Below, piece by piece: positions 30,088 through 39,237 of a stretch of DNA of 64,000 nucleotides. The DNA comes from an uncultured Planctomycetota bacterium. GTDB taxonomy: Bacteria > Planctomycetota > Planctomycetia > Isosphaerales > Isosphaeraceae. The first letter of the stretch is position 1. Each line of letters opens with the position of its first letter. The position numbers and the translations under genes were made by a program. The notes below the pieces were generated by a model. That model saw only the letters and a list, made by a program, of their open reading frames with translations, made no database searches and was not told where the DNA came from. Location: the NCBI GenBank assembly GCA_963845755.1, contig CAWJTV010000041.1:384001-448000 (forward strand). Direction: 5' to 3'.

Positions 30088-30785
30088 GGACAACCTACGG
30101 CCATCGGGGCACGCGAGAATCAAGTCGGTCGGTCGGTGGTCCAACTTTCGCGACGCCATCACGCTGCGGCACTGCGTGGCACCCTTCCTCGTCGGCGCCG
30201 CATTCACCCTGGTGAAGACCGAGAGAGAACGTCGCGTGGGAACGAAGAAAGGGTCGCAACCCGAACTCGGTAGGAAGTCGGTGCCGATTGGTTGGGTCCC
30301 GGTCCCTTTCATCTCATCGGCACCAAGGCCGCATAGCCGTTCGCTGTCACGGAGGTGCAGAAAAAAACTCGCCATGAGGCGATGATCTGGAGCCGCTCCT
30401 TTCGAGAGTCCCTGAACCTGTATGGGCTAAAAGCCGGGACATCGGCTCTTCACTGGACGAGCCCGCCCTGAGGTCTCTTGTCACTCTCGTGAAAGGGCTC
30501 ACTGGCAGTTCCGAGCACTCCCGGCGAAGATAGGGCGGGGAAACGAGGCCGCAGTTGGTGCCTTGTCCCTGACCTCGGCCGACCTGATCGGCAAGGTTGA
30601 AAAGGTGATTGCTCTTAATTCGGGAAGGTAGAGAGGAGTTCCCTTTCCAGAGTACTGTGGCCGCTCAGGACTTCAACTCGCGGAACAAGAACCGAAAGTG
30701 GGATAGTGCAGATCTGAGCCTCCCGATGGGTTCGCGAAAGCAAATGGCCGCGACCCGGCTGGTGGCTGGAGAATGGAGACCGGCC

Positions 30786-30960
30786 ATGAAGATCGTCAAG
30801 TTGGAAGTCGAAGGCTTTCGCTCGCTCAAATCGCAAACCTGGTGTCCCGGTGACCTGCACTGCTCATCGGACCCACGCCAGCGGTAAATCGAATCTCCTG
30901 CGCGTTCTGGAAATGCTCAGTGCTGCGGCCAGGGGAGGATTAAGCCGATACGTTCAACGC
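30786..30960 (+). pseudogene. N-terminal fragment of an ABC/SMC-like AAA ATPase
   Basis: MKIVKLEVEGFRSLK...(frameshift)ASGKSNLLRVLEML Walker A, then abruptly truncated. Confidence 0.75.
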
Positions 30961-31073
30961 ACGACTTCGAGCACTTGCCGCCCGAGCAACTTGTCGAGCC
31001 TATCCTTCAGAAAGAGTTGCGAATTGTCGAGATCCTGCGCGAGGTCCAGGAACTTCTGGCGAGGAAGCCATGA
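30960..31073 (+). pseudogene. Orphan C-terminal tail resembling type I R-M methyltransferase (HsdM)
   Basis: HDFEHLPPEQLVEPILQKELRIVEILREVQELLARKP*; its stop overlaps the yhcG ATG (ATGA). Family call is from memory. Confidence 0.5.
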
Positions 31074-32267
31074 GCCGAACCCGTAAGACTCAGCCGCCGT
31101 CCCCGGTTGACTCCGAGATCCCCGGCTATGATGCCATCCTGACCGGCATGGTGGAGTTGCTGGAGGCGGCCCGCCGCTCTGCCGCTCGGGCCGTCAACGC
31201 CGTCATGACGGCCACCTACTGGGATGTCGGACGGCGCATTGTGGAGCACGAACAGCGAGGGTCCGAGCGCGCCGAGTATGGCGCCAGGCTGATGGAAAGG
31301 CTGGCCGCCGACCTGACGAAACGCTTCGGCCGAGGATTCTCTCGGCAAAACCTTCAGCAGATGCGTCAGTTCTATCAGACATACCCGCCGGACGCAATTC
31401 GCCAGACAGCGTCTGGCGAATTGAACATTCCTGCCACACCGCAGGTTGGGACGGCGTCAGCCGACGGTCCCCTCGCTATCATACAGCAACTCGCCCGCCG
31501 TTTCCCGCTCCCCTGGGTCGCACTACGTCGAACTCCTCAAGATGGATAATCCCAAGGCCAGGGAGTTCTACGAGGCGGAAGCCTTGCGCAACGGCTGGAC
31601 GTCCCGGCAACTGCACCGGCAGATCACGACGCTGTTCTACGAGCGGACGCTGGCCTCCCGGAACAAGGCGGCGATGCTCCGGAAGGGGGCGGCGCCGAAG
31701 CTGGAGGACCTCCTCACGCCCGAGGAGGAGATCAAGGATCCGCTGATCCTGGAGTTCCTGGACCTGAAGGACGAGTATTCCGAGAGCCAACTCGAGGAGG
31801 CCCTGATCCTGCACCTCGAGAGCTTCCTCCTGGAACTCGGCGGCGACTTCGCCTTCCTGGGCCGGCAAAAGCGGCTCCGCGTCGGCGACGCCTGGTTCCG
31901 GATCGACCTGTTATTCTACCACCGCCGACTCCGTTGCCTGGTCATCATCGACGTCAAGACCGGCGAGCTCACCCACGCCGACGCCGGCCAGATGCATGTG
32001 TACCTGAGTTACGCCCAGGAGCACTGGACCCAGCCCGACGAGAACCCGCCCGTCGGCCTGATCCTCTGCACCCAGAAGGACAACGCCCTCGTCCATTACG
32101 CCCTGGACACGCTGCCCAACAAGGTGCTCGCCGCCGAGTACCGCACCGCGCTCCCGGACGAGGAAACCTTGGTCGCAGAACTAGAGCGGACCCGCCGCGC
32201 CCTCGAGAATCGCGCGGGGACGACCCCGGGGGGGAGGCAGGGGGACAGGGAGGCAGGGGGACATTGA
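31070..32267 (+). CDS. yhcG: YhcG/DUF1016 PD-(D/E)XK nuclease-domain protein (frameshift near 31515)
   Basis: YWDVGRRIVE, GFSRQNL, IKDPLILEFL, IDLLFYHRRLRCLVIIDVK, DAGQM and ENPPVGLILC. Confidence 0.92.
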
Positions 32268-32297
32268 TAAATGCTCACGATAATCTGGCACCATTTC

Positions 32298-32915
32298 TTA
32301 GATGTGCGCGCCCATGTCGTACTGCTGATGATCCTCGCGGACTCCACCCTGGCCCTCGCCGATGGTGTGGTAATCCTCGATCACCTCGATCGACCGCAAG
32401 AACTTGACCATCTTGAATCCCAACTTCGTCTCGAGCAGTAGCCTCAGCGGAGCTCCGTGCTCCGGCGTCAACGGTTCGTCGTTCAGTTCGTAGGCCAGAA
32501 TCGTCTCGGGCTGATCGGCCAGGGCGATGTCGATGCACTCATAGTAAGGTGCGCCGCTCTTCTCGAGCCGGCTGAATGAGTGGAAGGCCAGGTACTTCGC
32601 CTCCGATCTCGGTCGGCAGAGTCGGAGGATCTCGGCCAGTGGCACCCCCCCCCATTTGCCAATCGAACTCCAGCCCTGGATGCAGTTGTGCAGCGTGACT
32701 TGCTCGTGCTTCGAAAGCGCGCTGAGCTCCGTCAGCGAGAGGGTCAATGGCCGCTCGACGAGCCCGGTGACCTCCAGCCGGTAATCGTCGAAGTGCCCGG
32801 CCAGAAGTCGCTCATAGGTGGCGTCCCCCTTGGCCTGCGGATACTCGGAAATAGGGGGATAGCCGTTGACCCGGAAGTTGGGTGAGATCCACTCCTCGGG
32901 CAAGTTCTGGACCGC
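32298..32915 (-). pseudogene. Molybdopterin-dependent oxidoreductase (sulfite oxidase/MsrP family), 5'-truncated
   Basis: LEVTGLVERP, HNCIQGWS, WGGVPL and HGAPLRL...KLGFKMVK. No start or signal region. Confidence 0.8.
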
Positions 32916-32949
32916 GACGGTCCGATGGAAAATCGCATTGCGGATCGGG

Positions 32950-34295
32950 GATGGCCTCCATCGCGGCCACGACGGGACCTGGAGCCCGACGAAGAAGACC
33001 ACCCCGACAGACATCGCCGCCTATCTCTGGAGCACCCTGGCTGCCGAGAGACTGCGGATCATCGAGCCGGCTCAGGCTCACCGCCGTTTGGACGAAACAA
33101 TCTCGGCTGTGGCGCGGCTGGAGCGACTCCACGGGTTCTTCTACGACAAGCTCAATCCCCGCAGCGGCACGCCCCTGACCAGCAAGGCGAAGAATGGCGA
33201 GCCGATTCGACCGGTGCTCTCGGCGGTGGACAACGGGTGGTTGGCAATGGCGCTGATCATGATCCAGAATACCAGGCCGGAGCTGCGAGAACGGGCCGAG
33301 GCCCTGTTGAAGCCGATGGACTTCCATTTCTTCTACGATGCCTATGACCCGGCCGACCCGCTCAAGCATCCGGGCCAGATCCGCGGTTGCTTCGAGGTCG
33401 ATACCAGGTCGTTCGGCTACTTCCATCAGCTCGTCAATACCGAGCCGAGGATCGCCAGCTACATCGGCATCGCGCGCGGCCAGATCCCGCCCGAACATTA
33501 CTATCACATGTTCCGCACCTTGCCGCCGGATCGGCGGCGCAGCAGCAGATTCCGGAAGGGAACTGGCAGACCTACCGGAAGATCTGCGTCTACGAGGGGC
33601 ATTACACCTACCTCGGGATGCGGATCGTTCCTAGCTGGGGGGGTAGTATGTTTGAGGCCCTGATGGTGCCGTTATTCGTTCCCGAGGACCGCTGGGCGCC
33701 GCGGAGTTGGGGCGTCAATCATCCCCTGTATGCCCGTGTTCAGATCGAGCACGGCCTGAATGTGCGGCATTACGGCTTCTGGGGATTCTCCGCCGCGACG
33801 ATCCCGGAGGGTGGCTACCAGCCTTACGGCGTTGACGCCCTTGGCACCAATCTTGAGGGTTATCACACCTATACCCGCGTGACGGAATCCGGAGGGAAAG
33901 CCCAACCGAAAGAGTCTCAACCAGGCGGCGATCCGAAGCCACCACGCGATTCACAGGTGCACGATGGCGTCGTGACCCCCCACGCTTCATTCCTGGCTCT
34001 ATCGTTTGTTCCTCGCGAGGCGATGGCCAACCTCCAGGGGCTGGAGAAGCGATATCCGATGATCTACACCACTTACGGCTTCCGCGATTCGGTCAATCTC
34101 TCAAACGGCCGGATCTCCGATAGCATCCTGGCCCTGGATCAAGGGATGATCATGGCCGCCATCGCCAACGCGCTGGCCGACCGCGTCATGCAGCACGCCT
34201 TCAGCGATGGTGCCGTCGAGAAGGCCATCCGGCCGCTCATGGCACCTGAGGAGTTCACCGCCGGACCGTGCGACAACACCGGTGCGGGGCCGTAG
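32950..34295 (+). pseudogene. Glucoamylase-like/DUF3131 glycosidase-family protein, 5'-truncated, frameshift near 33540
   Basis: TTPTDIAAYL, SAVDNGWL, TEPRIASY, PSWGGSMFEALM, VTPHASFLAL, YGFRDSV and LALDQGM. Confidence 0.8.
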
Positions 34296-34457
34296 GATTG
34301 ATCGCCGGATACGATCCTTGGGAGAGGACCTCGAGCGTATGCAACCCAATCGTTCAGCGCTCCAGATACGGCTGTCGGTTTGGCGTTCTCCGTGCCGAAT
34401 CCGGGACTTCAGCAGACCGGCCCAACGCGGACTGACTGCGGTCGACCCGGTCGAGGC

Positions 34458-35501
34458 TCATCTCTTGAAGATCGACTTGGGGATCATCGCGTGCACGCCC
34501 TTGGTCCCGTCGACGACCTGGGTGACGCGGAAGTCCACCGCCACGCTGCAGAGCATGTAGGCGTCTTCCCGGCCGAGCTTCTTTTCCGATGCGATCAGGT
34601 CGACCGCCTCGCGGACGGCGATCTTCATGGCTTCGTCGAGGTCCTTGTCGAGGCCCATGGCGATGAAATGCGTCGCCGTCTCGGCCCTCGGCCATTTCAG
34701 GCTCGCCCCCTTCCGCACGAAGAAGCGGAGGGTCCCGGTCAGCGAAGTCTCCAGGGCGGTGATGTCCACTTCGCCGTCACCTTGCCCGGCGTGCCCGTCG
34801 CCGACCTGGAAGAGCGCGCCCGGGACGTGGACCGGGATGAGGAGCGTGGTGCCCGCGACGAGCTCCTTGTTATCCAGGTTGCCGGCGTGCACGCCCGGCG
34901 GGGCGCTGTTCACCCGGCCCGAGGCCTCCGGCGGGGCGACGCCCATGCTGCCGAAGAACGGGCGGAGCGGGACCTCAACCCCCTCGGCGAAGCGGGCGAC
35001 TCGCTTCTCCGCGTCGAGCGGGATGATCCGCATCCTGGAGCGGGGGAAGTCTTCCGGGATCGCCCCGCTCCGCGGCCCGAAGGCGTTGTAGGCGTAGGGG
35101 ATTGCCAGGTCGACCGATTCGATCCGGACCTCCAAGGCGTCGCCGGGCTCGGCCCCTTCGACGAAGATCGGCCCGGTCAGGATGTGGCCGCCCGGGCCCT
35201 TGTCTTTCACCTGCTCATGGATGTCGCGGAGCGCCGGCTCGATCTTGTCCGGCTCGACGCCCGCCCGCTCGAGCCTCTCCGGGCTGCTGGTGATGAGAGT
35301 GTGGACCTCCACCGTGTCCCCCGGCTTGATCCTGAGGACGGGCGACGTCTTGGCGTCGTAATGCCCCCACGCCACCGTCCTGGGCGTGGCCTTGAGCACG
35401 TGGGTCGCGGGGCCGGCGGGGCCCCCGGTCGGCTGGCTTACGGCCTGGCCTGTCGCCAATAGGGTCAGGCAGCCGACGAAGAGTGCGGTTCGGTGAATCA
35501 T
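34458..35501 (-). CDS. Acetamidase/formamidase family protein with signal peptide
   Basis: GHILTGPI, GNLDNKEL and GDGHAGQGDGEVDITALE. Confidence 0.92.
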   Translation of the reverse strand: MIHRTALFVGCLTLLATGQAVSQPTGGPAGPATHVLKATPRTVAWGHYDAKTSPVLRIKPGDTVEVHTLITSSPERLERAGVEPDKIEPALRDIHEQVKDKGPGGHILTGPIFVEGAEPGDALEVRIESVDLAIPYAYNAFGPRSGAIPEDFPRSRMRIIPLDAEKRVARFAEGVEVPLRPFFGSMGVAPPEASGRVNSAPPGVHAGNLDNKELVAGTTLLIPVHVPGALFQVGDGHAGQGDGEVDITALETSLTGTLRFFVRKGASLKWPRAETATHFIAMGLDKDLDEAMKIAVREAVDLIASEKKLGREDAYMLCSVAVDFRVTQVVDGTKGVHAMIPKSIFKR

Positions 35502-35726
35502 GGATCCCTCCGCTGAGCCAAGCCGACAACGCGCGGCCCCGTCGCGCGCTACCCACCCGATGATAAACGTCAGGCGTCGTGTCGTCGCGAGGTCACTCGA
35601 TTTTGCACTGAGTTGTCCAGCGTTTCCGCTCGAGATAGGATACAACCATCGAGTCCTGATTCATCAAGCCTCAATCGAGAGTACGTCAAACGATGTCGGT
35701 TGGGGAGCCCTGTATTCGAGGAGAAC

Positions 35727-36554
35727 ATGGTGAGGTCGGACACAACTCGACAGGGAACCATCGCCGCATTGTGGCGTTATCCGATCAAGTCGATGCGAGG
35801 CGAAGAACTGGACGAGGGCGAGATCACCGACCGCGGGCTGCTCGGCGATCGGTCTTATGCGCTGATCGACGTTGAGACCGGCAAGGTGGTCAGTGCCAAG
35901 AATCCTCGAAAATGGGGGAATCTCTTCGACTTCCAGTCGACCCTCGTCGAATCGCCCTCAAGCAACGAGGGAGTGCCGCCCGCCCGGATCACGTTTCCGG
36001 ACGGGTCGACGGTCCAAACCGACGATCCCGGCGTCGAAGAACGCCTCTCCGCACTGGTGGGCCGGACCGTCCGGCTGGCGTCCTCGCCGCCTCCGGCTTC
36101 ACGGATCGAAGGATACTGGCCCGATTATGACTGGCTGGAGAGCCGCGATAAGTTCTTCCACGTCGAGTTGCCGGCCGGGACGTTCTTCGATGGGTCGCTG
36201 GTGCACTTCATCACGACGGCGACCCTGGAACGCCTCGCCTCCCTGAGCCCCCAGAGCCAGTTCGATGTCCGCCGATTCCGGCCGAACCTCATCTTCGAGG
36301 TCCCCGACAGTACCGCCGGATTCGTCGAGGACGCGTGGGTCGGCCGGACGATCACGCTTGGCGACGAAGTGCGCCTGATGGTCACCCACCCCTGCCCGCG
36401 CTGTGTCATGACGACGTTGCCCCAGGGCGAGCTTCCCAAGGACCCGAACGTCTTGCGGACGGCCGTCCGGTACAATCAGGGGAATGTCGGGGTCAATGCC
36501 AGTGTCGTGAGAGGGGGACGGGTTCGGCGGGGGGATGCCGTGGCGGTGGAGTGA
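35727..36554 (+). CDS. MOSC-domain protein
   Basis: LWRYPIKSMRGE, GDRSYA, RRFRPN and PCPRCVMTT. Confidence 0.93.
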   Translation: MVRSDTTRQGTIAALWRYPIKSMRGEELDEGEITDRGLLGDRSYALIDVETGKVVSAKNPRKWGNLFDFQSTLVESPSSNEGVPPARITFPDGSTVQTDDPGVEERLSALVGRTVRLASSPPPASRIEGYWPDYDWLESRDKFFHVELPAGTFFDGSLVHFITTATLERLASLSPQSQFDVRRFRPNLIFEVPDSTAGFVEDAWVGRTITLGDEVRLMVTHPCPRCVMTTLPQGELPKDPNVLRTAVRYNQGNVGVNASVVRGGRVRRGDAVAVE

Positions 36555-36646
36555 GCTTCTCTTGCAGATCGCGAAGGATTGCATCAGCCTGTGATGAGAG
36601 TGGAGAACTCTTGGTAGTCCCAGCCGCCGACGGAGACCCGGTCGTC

Positions 36647-37945
36647 ATGAATGGCACGCTCAGGAAGTGGGCATGGATCACCGTTCTTTTGCTTTCGGGA
36701 TCAACCCACGCGCAGGCCACGAGGTCCGTGGAGGTGCCGATCAATGAGGCGGGCGAGGTCCAGGTCGCGGAGATCGTTGCGCGGCTCGCTCAGGCCAGCG
36801 GGCTCAATTTGGGGCAGCCCGTGGCCAGCCTGACCTTGTCGACCCAGGGTCTCGCTCGATCATTGACCAAGACGCTGCTCTCCGAGACGCTGGGCCCCGA
36901 GGTCGAAATCACGTTTCAGCGCGGTAAGATGATCCTCGGCATCGACAATCGCATCCTGGCCCCGGACCGACGCGAGGAGTGGCTGAGGCGGCTTCGCGAC
37001 CTGGCCGAGCGTGCGACCGAGGCGTCGAAACGGCGGGCACTCTACGGAATGAGGGCCATGGCCTCCTATCGGCCCAACGATCCGGCGCGGCCGACGATCT
37101 GCCTGGTTCACGGCCTGAATTCCTCCTCCGGCGGGTTCGTTCACATGATCCCCTGGTTGGAAGAGGCCGGTTATGGGCTCGTGGTCTACGACTACCCGTT
37201 CAACCGTCGGCTCGGCGAATCGTGCGCGGCGTTCGCGCGCGACTGGGCCGCGTTCCGCCGCCAGTCCGGCGACAAACGCCCTTGGTCGATCGTCGCCCAT
37301 TCGATGGGGGCACTGCTGGCGCGGTCGATGGTGGAGGACGATGCCACCTGGGCTGGCGACGTCTCCTCGTTGATCCTGATCGCCCCCGTGAACCAAGGCT
37401 CGAACCTGGCCAGAGTCCAGACGGTGTTCCAGTTGCTCGACGGACTCAAGTCGATCAACGGCAAGAATACGACCCGGGCGATGGCGCACCTCTCCGACGG
37501 CCTGGGCCAGGCCGCCCAGGACATGCTCCCGGGCAGCGCGTTCCTGAAGCGTGTGAATCAACGGCCGCGACGTCAGGGCCTTCCCTATCACATCCTTGCC
37601 GGCGACAGCGGCTTTCTCACCCGCGACGCGCGCGCTCAGATCGAGGCGCGGGTCAACTTGTTCAACCGCAACTCCGGCTTGTTCGGGAAGCTGACGCAGG
37701 CGGCGACCTCCGACTTGCCGGAGATCCTCGACGAGTTGACGGACGGCACCGGCGACGGCTGCGTCGCCGTCGCCCGGACCCGGCTCGAGGGAGTCACCGA
37801 CTGCGTGACGATCCACGCCAACCACGCCGAGCTGATCCGCGCCCCCCTGCTCTTCGCCGATCCCGGCCCGGTCGCTTGCATGCCGTTCGTCCTCCAAAGA
37901 CTCGAGGCCGATCGAGAACGCGGCGGGAAGCGCGATCCGAAATAA
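36647..37945 (+). CDS. Secreted alpha/beta hydrolase (lipase/PGAP1-like)
   Basis: LVHGLNS, VAHSMGAL, GDGCV and NHAEL; signal peptide. Confidence 0.85.
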   Translation: MNGTLRKWAWITVLLLSGSTHAQATRSVEVPINEAGEVQVAEIVARLAQASGLNLGQPVASLTLSTQGLARSLTKTLLSETLGPEVEITFQRGKMILGIDNRILAPDRREEWLRRLRDLAERATEASKRRALYGMRAMASYRPNDPARPTICLVHGLNSSSGGFVHMIPWLEEAGYGLVVYDYPFNRRLGESCAAFARDWAAFRRQSGDKRPWSIVAHSMGALLARSMVEDDATWAGDVSSLILIAPVNQGSNLARVQTVFQLLDGLKSINGKNTTRAMAHLSDGLGQAAQDMLPGSAFLKRVNQRPRRQGLPYHILAGDSGFLTRDARAQIEARVNLFNRNSGLFGKLTQAATSDLPEILDELTDGTGDGCVAVARTRLEGVTDCVTIHANHAELIRAPLLFADPGPVACMPFVLQRLEADRERGGKRDPK

Positions 37946-37964
37946 CGGGGGAGCCGGCGACGGC

Positions 37965-38714
37965 TCAAGGTTTGCCCGGGATCACCGCCATCGCCCGGCC
38001 GATGTATTCGTAGACGCCTCGCGGGTCGTATTCGATGCCGTGCTGGGCGACGATGGTGTCGCCTTGCTCCTTCCAGAGCCGTCCCAGCGAGCGTTCGATC
38101 CCGGGGTCGCCGCCGGTGAACTGTTCGACCAGGTCCTTCCAGCGCCGGGCCATGGCCTGGACCTCGGGGGCGGACGGGTCTGTGCCCTTGTCCATCTCGG
38201 CACGGACCTGCGCGATCAGCTCGGCCCACTCCTGTTGACTCTGCTGGATCCGCTCGGGGCCAAACTGGTCGCCGCGCGCCTTGATGGCTTCCCACTGTTC
38301 GGGCGTGTAATAGCTCTCGATCATGGTGATCTCCTCGATCGTTTGGATGAATTCGTCGGCGGAGACTTCCCCCGCCGCCTGGAGGCGCACGGCGACCGCT
38401 TCCAGCCGCTCGCAGAGCCGCCTCTGCACGGTGATCTGATCCCGCAGTCGTGCCACATGGAGACGAATCACCTCCAGCGGCGAGAAGCCGGGCCGGTCCA
38501 GGCAGCCGGCGATTTGCTCCAGCGAGAAGCCGAGCTGCCGGAGTGAGAGCACCTGCTGCAATCGCGCGACATCGCCGTCCGTGTAGAGCCGATGCCCCGA
38601 TTCGGTGTGCAGCGACGGCTTCAGCAAATCGATATCGTCGTAATGATGCAGCGTGCGCACGGTCAATCCCGTCCGCTTGGCCAGCTCGCCGACTTTCAAC
38701 GCCTCGAACCGCAT
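37965..38714 (-). CDS. MerR-family regulator with TipAS-like C-terminal domain
   Basis: VGELAKRTGLTVRTLHHYD, GHRLY and LRQLGFSL; C-terminal DPSAPEVQAMARRW...FTGGD. Confidence 0.92.
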   Translation of the reverse strand: MRFEALKVGELAKRTGLTVRTLHHYDDIDLLKPSLHTESGHRLYTDGDVARLQQVLSLRQLGFSLEQIAGCLDRPGFSPLEVIRLHVARLRDQITVQRRLCERLEAVAVRLQAAGEVSADEFIQTIEEITMIESYYTPEQWEAIKARGDQFGPERIQQSQQEWAELIAQVRAEMDKGTDPSAPEVQAMARRWKDLVEQFTGGDPGIERSLGRLWKEQGDTIVAQHGIEYDPRGVYEYIGRAMAVIPGKP

Positions 38715-38786
38715 GGCGATCCGCTCCGGTTTCACGAGAGTTACACCCGCCCTATGTCTAGGTCCTCCGGTTGTGGTCACGGCAGA

Positions 38787-38817
38787 ATGATATGACCTCA
38801 CGTTACGTGAGGATCAA
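38787..38817 (-). promoter_or_regulatory. MerR-type promoter/operator
   Basis: -35 TTGATC, 19-bp spacer, -10 TATCAT. Dyad CCTCACGT-N-ACGTGAGG at 38796-38812. Confidence 0.88.
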
Positions 38818-39237
38818 GACCTCTTTTTCGCGGAGGTCCTGCGTCGTTCCGGTAATGCCGGAGACGAATGAGGACGAGATCGAGTAGGATAGAGTATCCC
38901 TTGTTGGGGTCCCCTGCCCTGTGCGCCCGTCTCGGGGATTCGAGATTAATCCCGGATGGGAAAGATTGCGGGAATGGGATCTAGAATCCCTATAGGGTTG
39001 GGGCCGGAGGCCGCGTCTGGGGATCTCGACTTCGAAAGAGCTTCTGGGTTTCTCAATGGAAAACGATCGGTTACCCTCCCGTGACAGGATGGGGCCATGC
39101 AGGCGTTGCCCCGAGTGCGGCAGGGCGATCGAGCCGACGAGGCAGCACTGATGTTTCCGGGTCGCACTGCTTCCTTTCCGGACCCCTTGACGACCGTCCC
39201 GTCATCATCCCCGACGATTCGTGAAGGGGAAGGTACC

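Noticed and set aside
30215..30310. Imperfect palindrome AAAGGGTCGCAACCC...GGGTCCCGGTCCCTTT
   Set aside because: Resembles a REP-like element, but it is single-copy here and degenerate, so it cannot be supported.
30390..30500. Possible structured ncRNA (nested imperfect stems)
   Set aside because: Stems are short for GC-rich DNA, no RNA family motif is recognisable, and one frame reads like protein debris.
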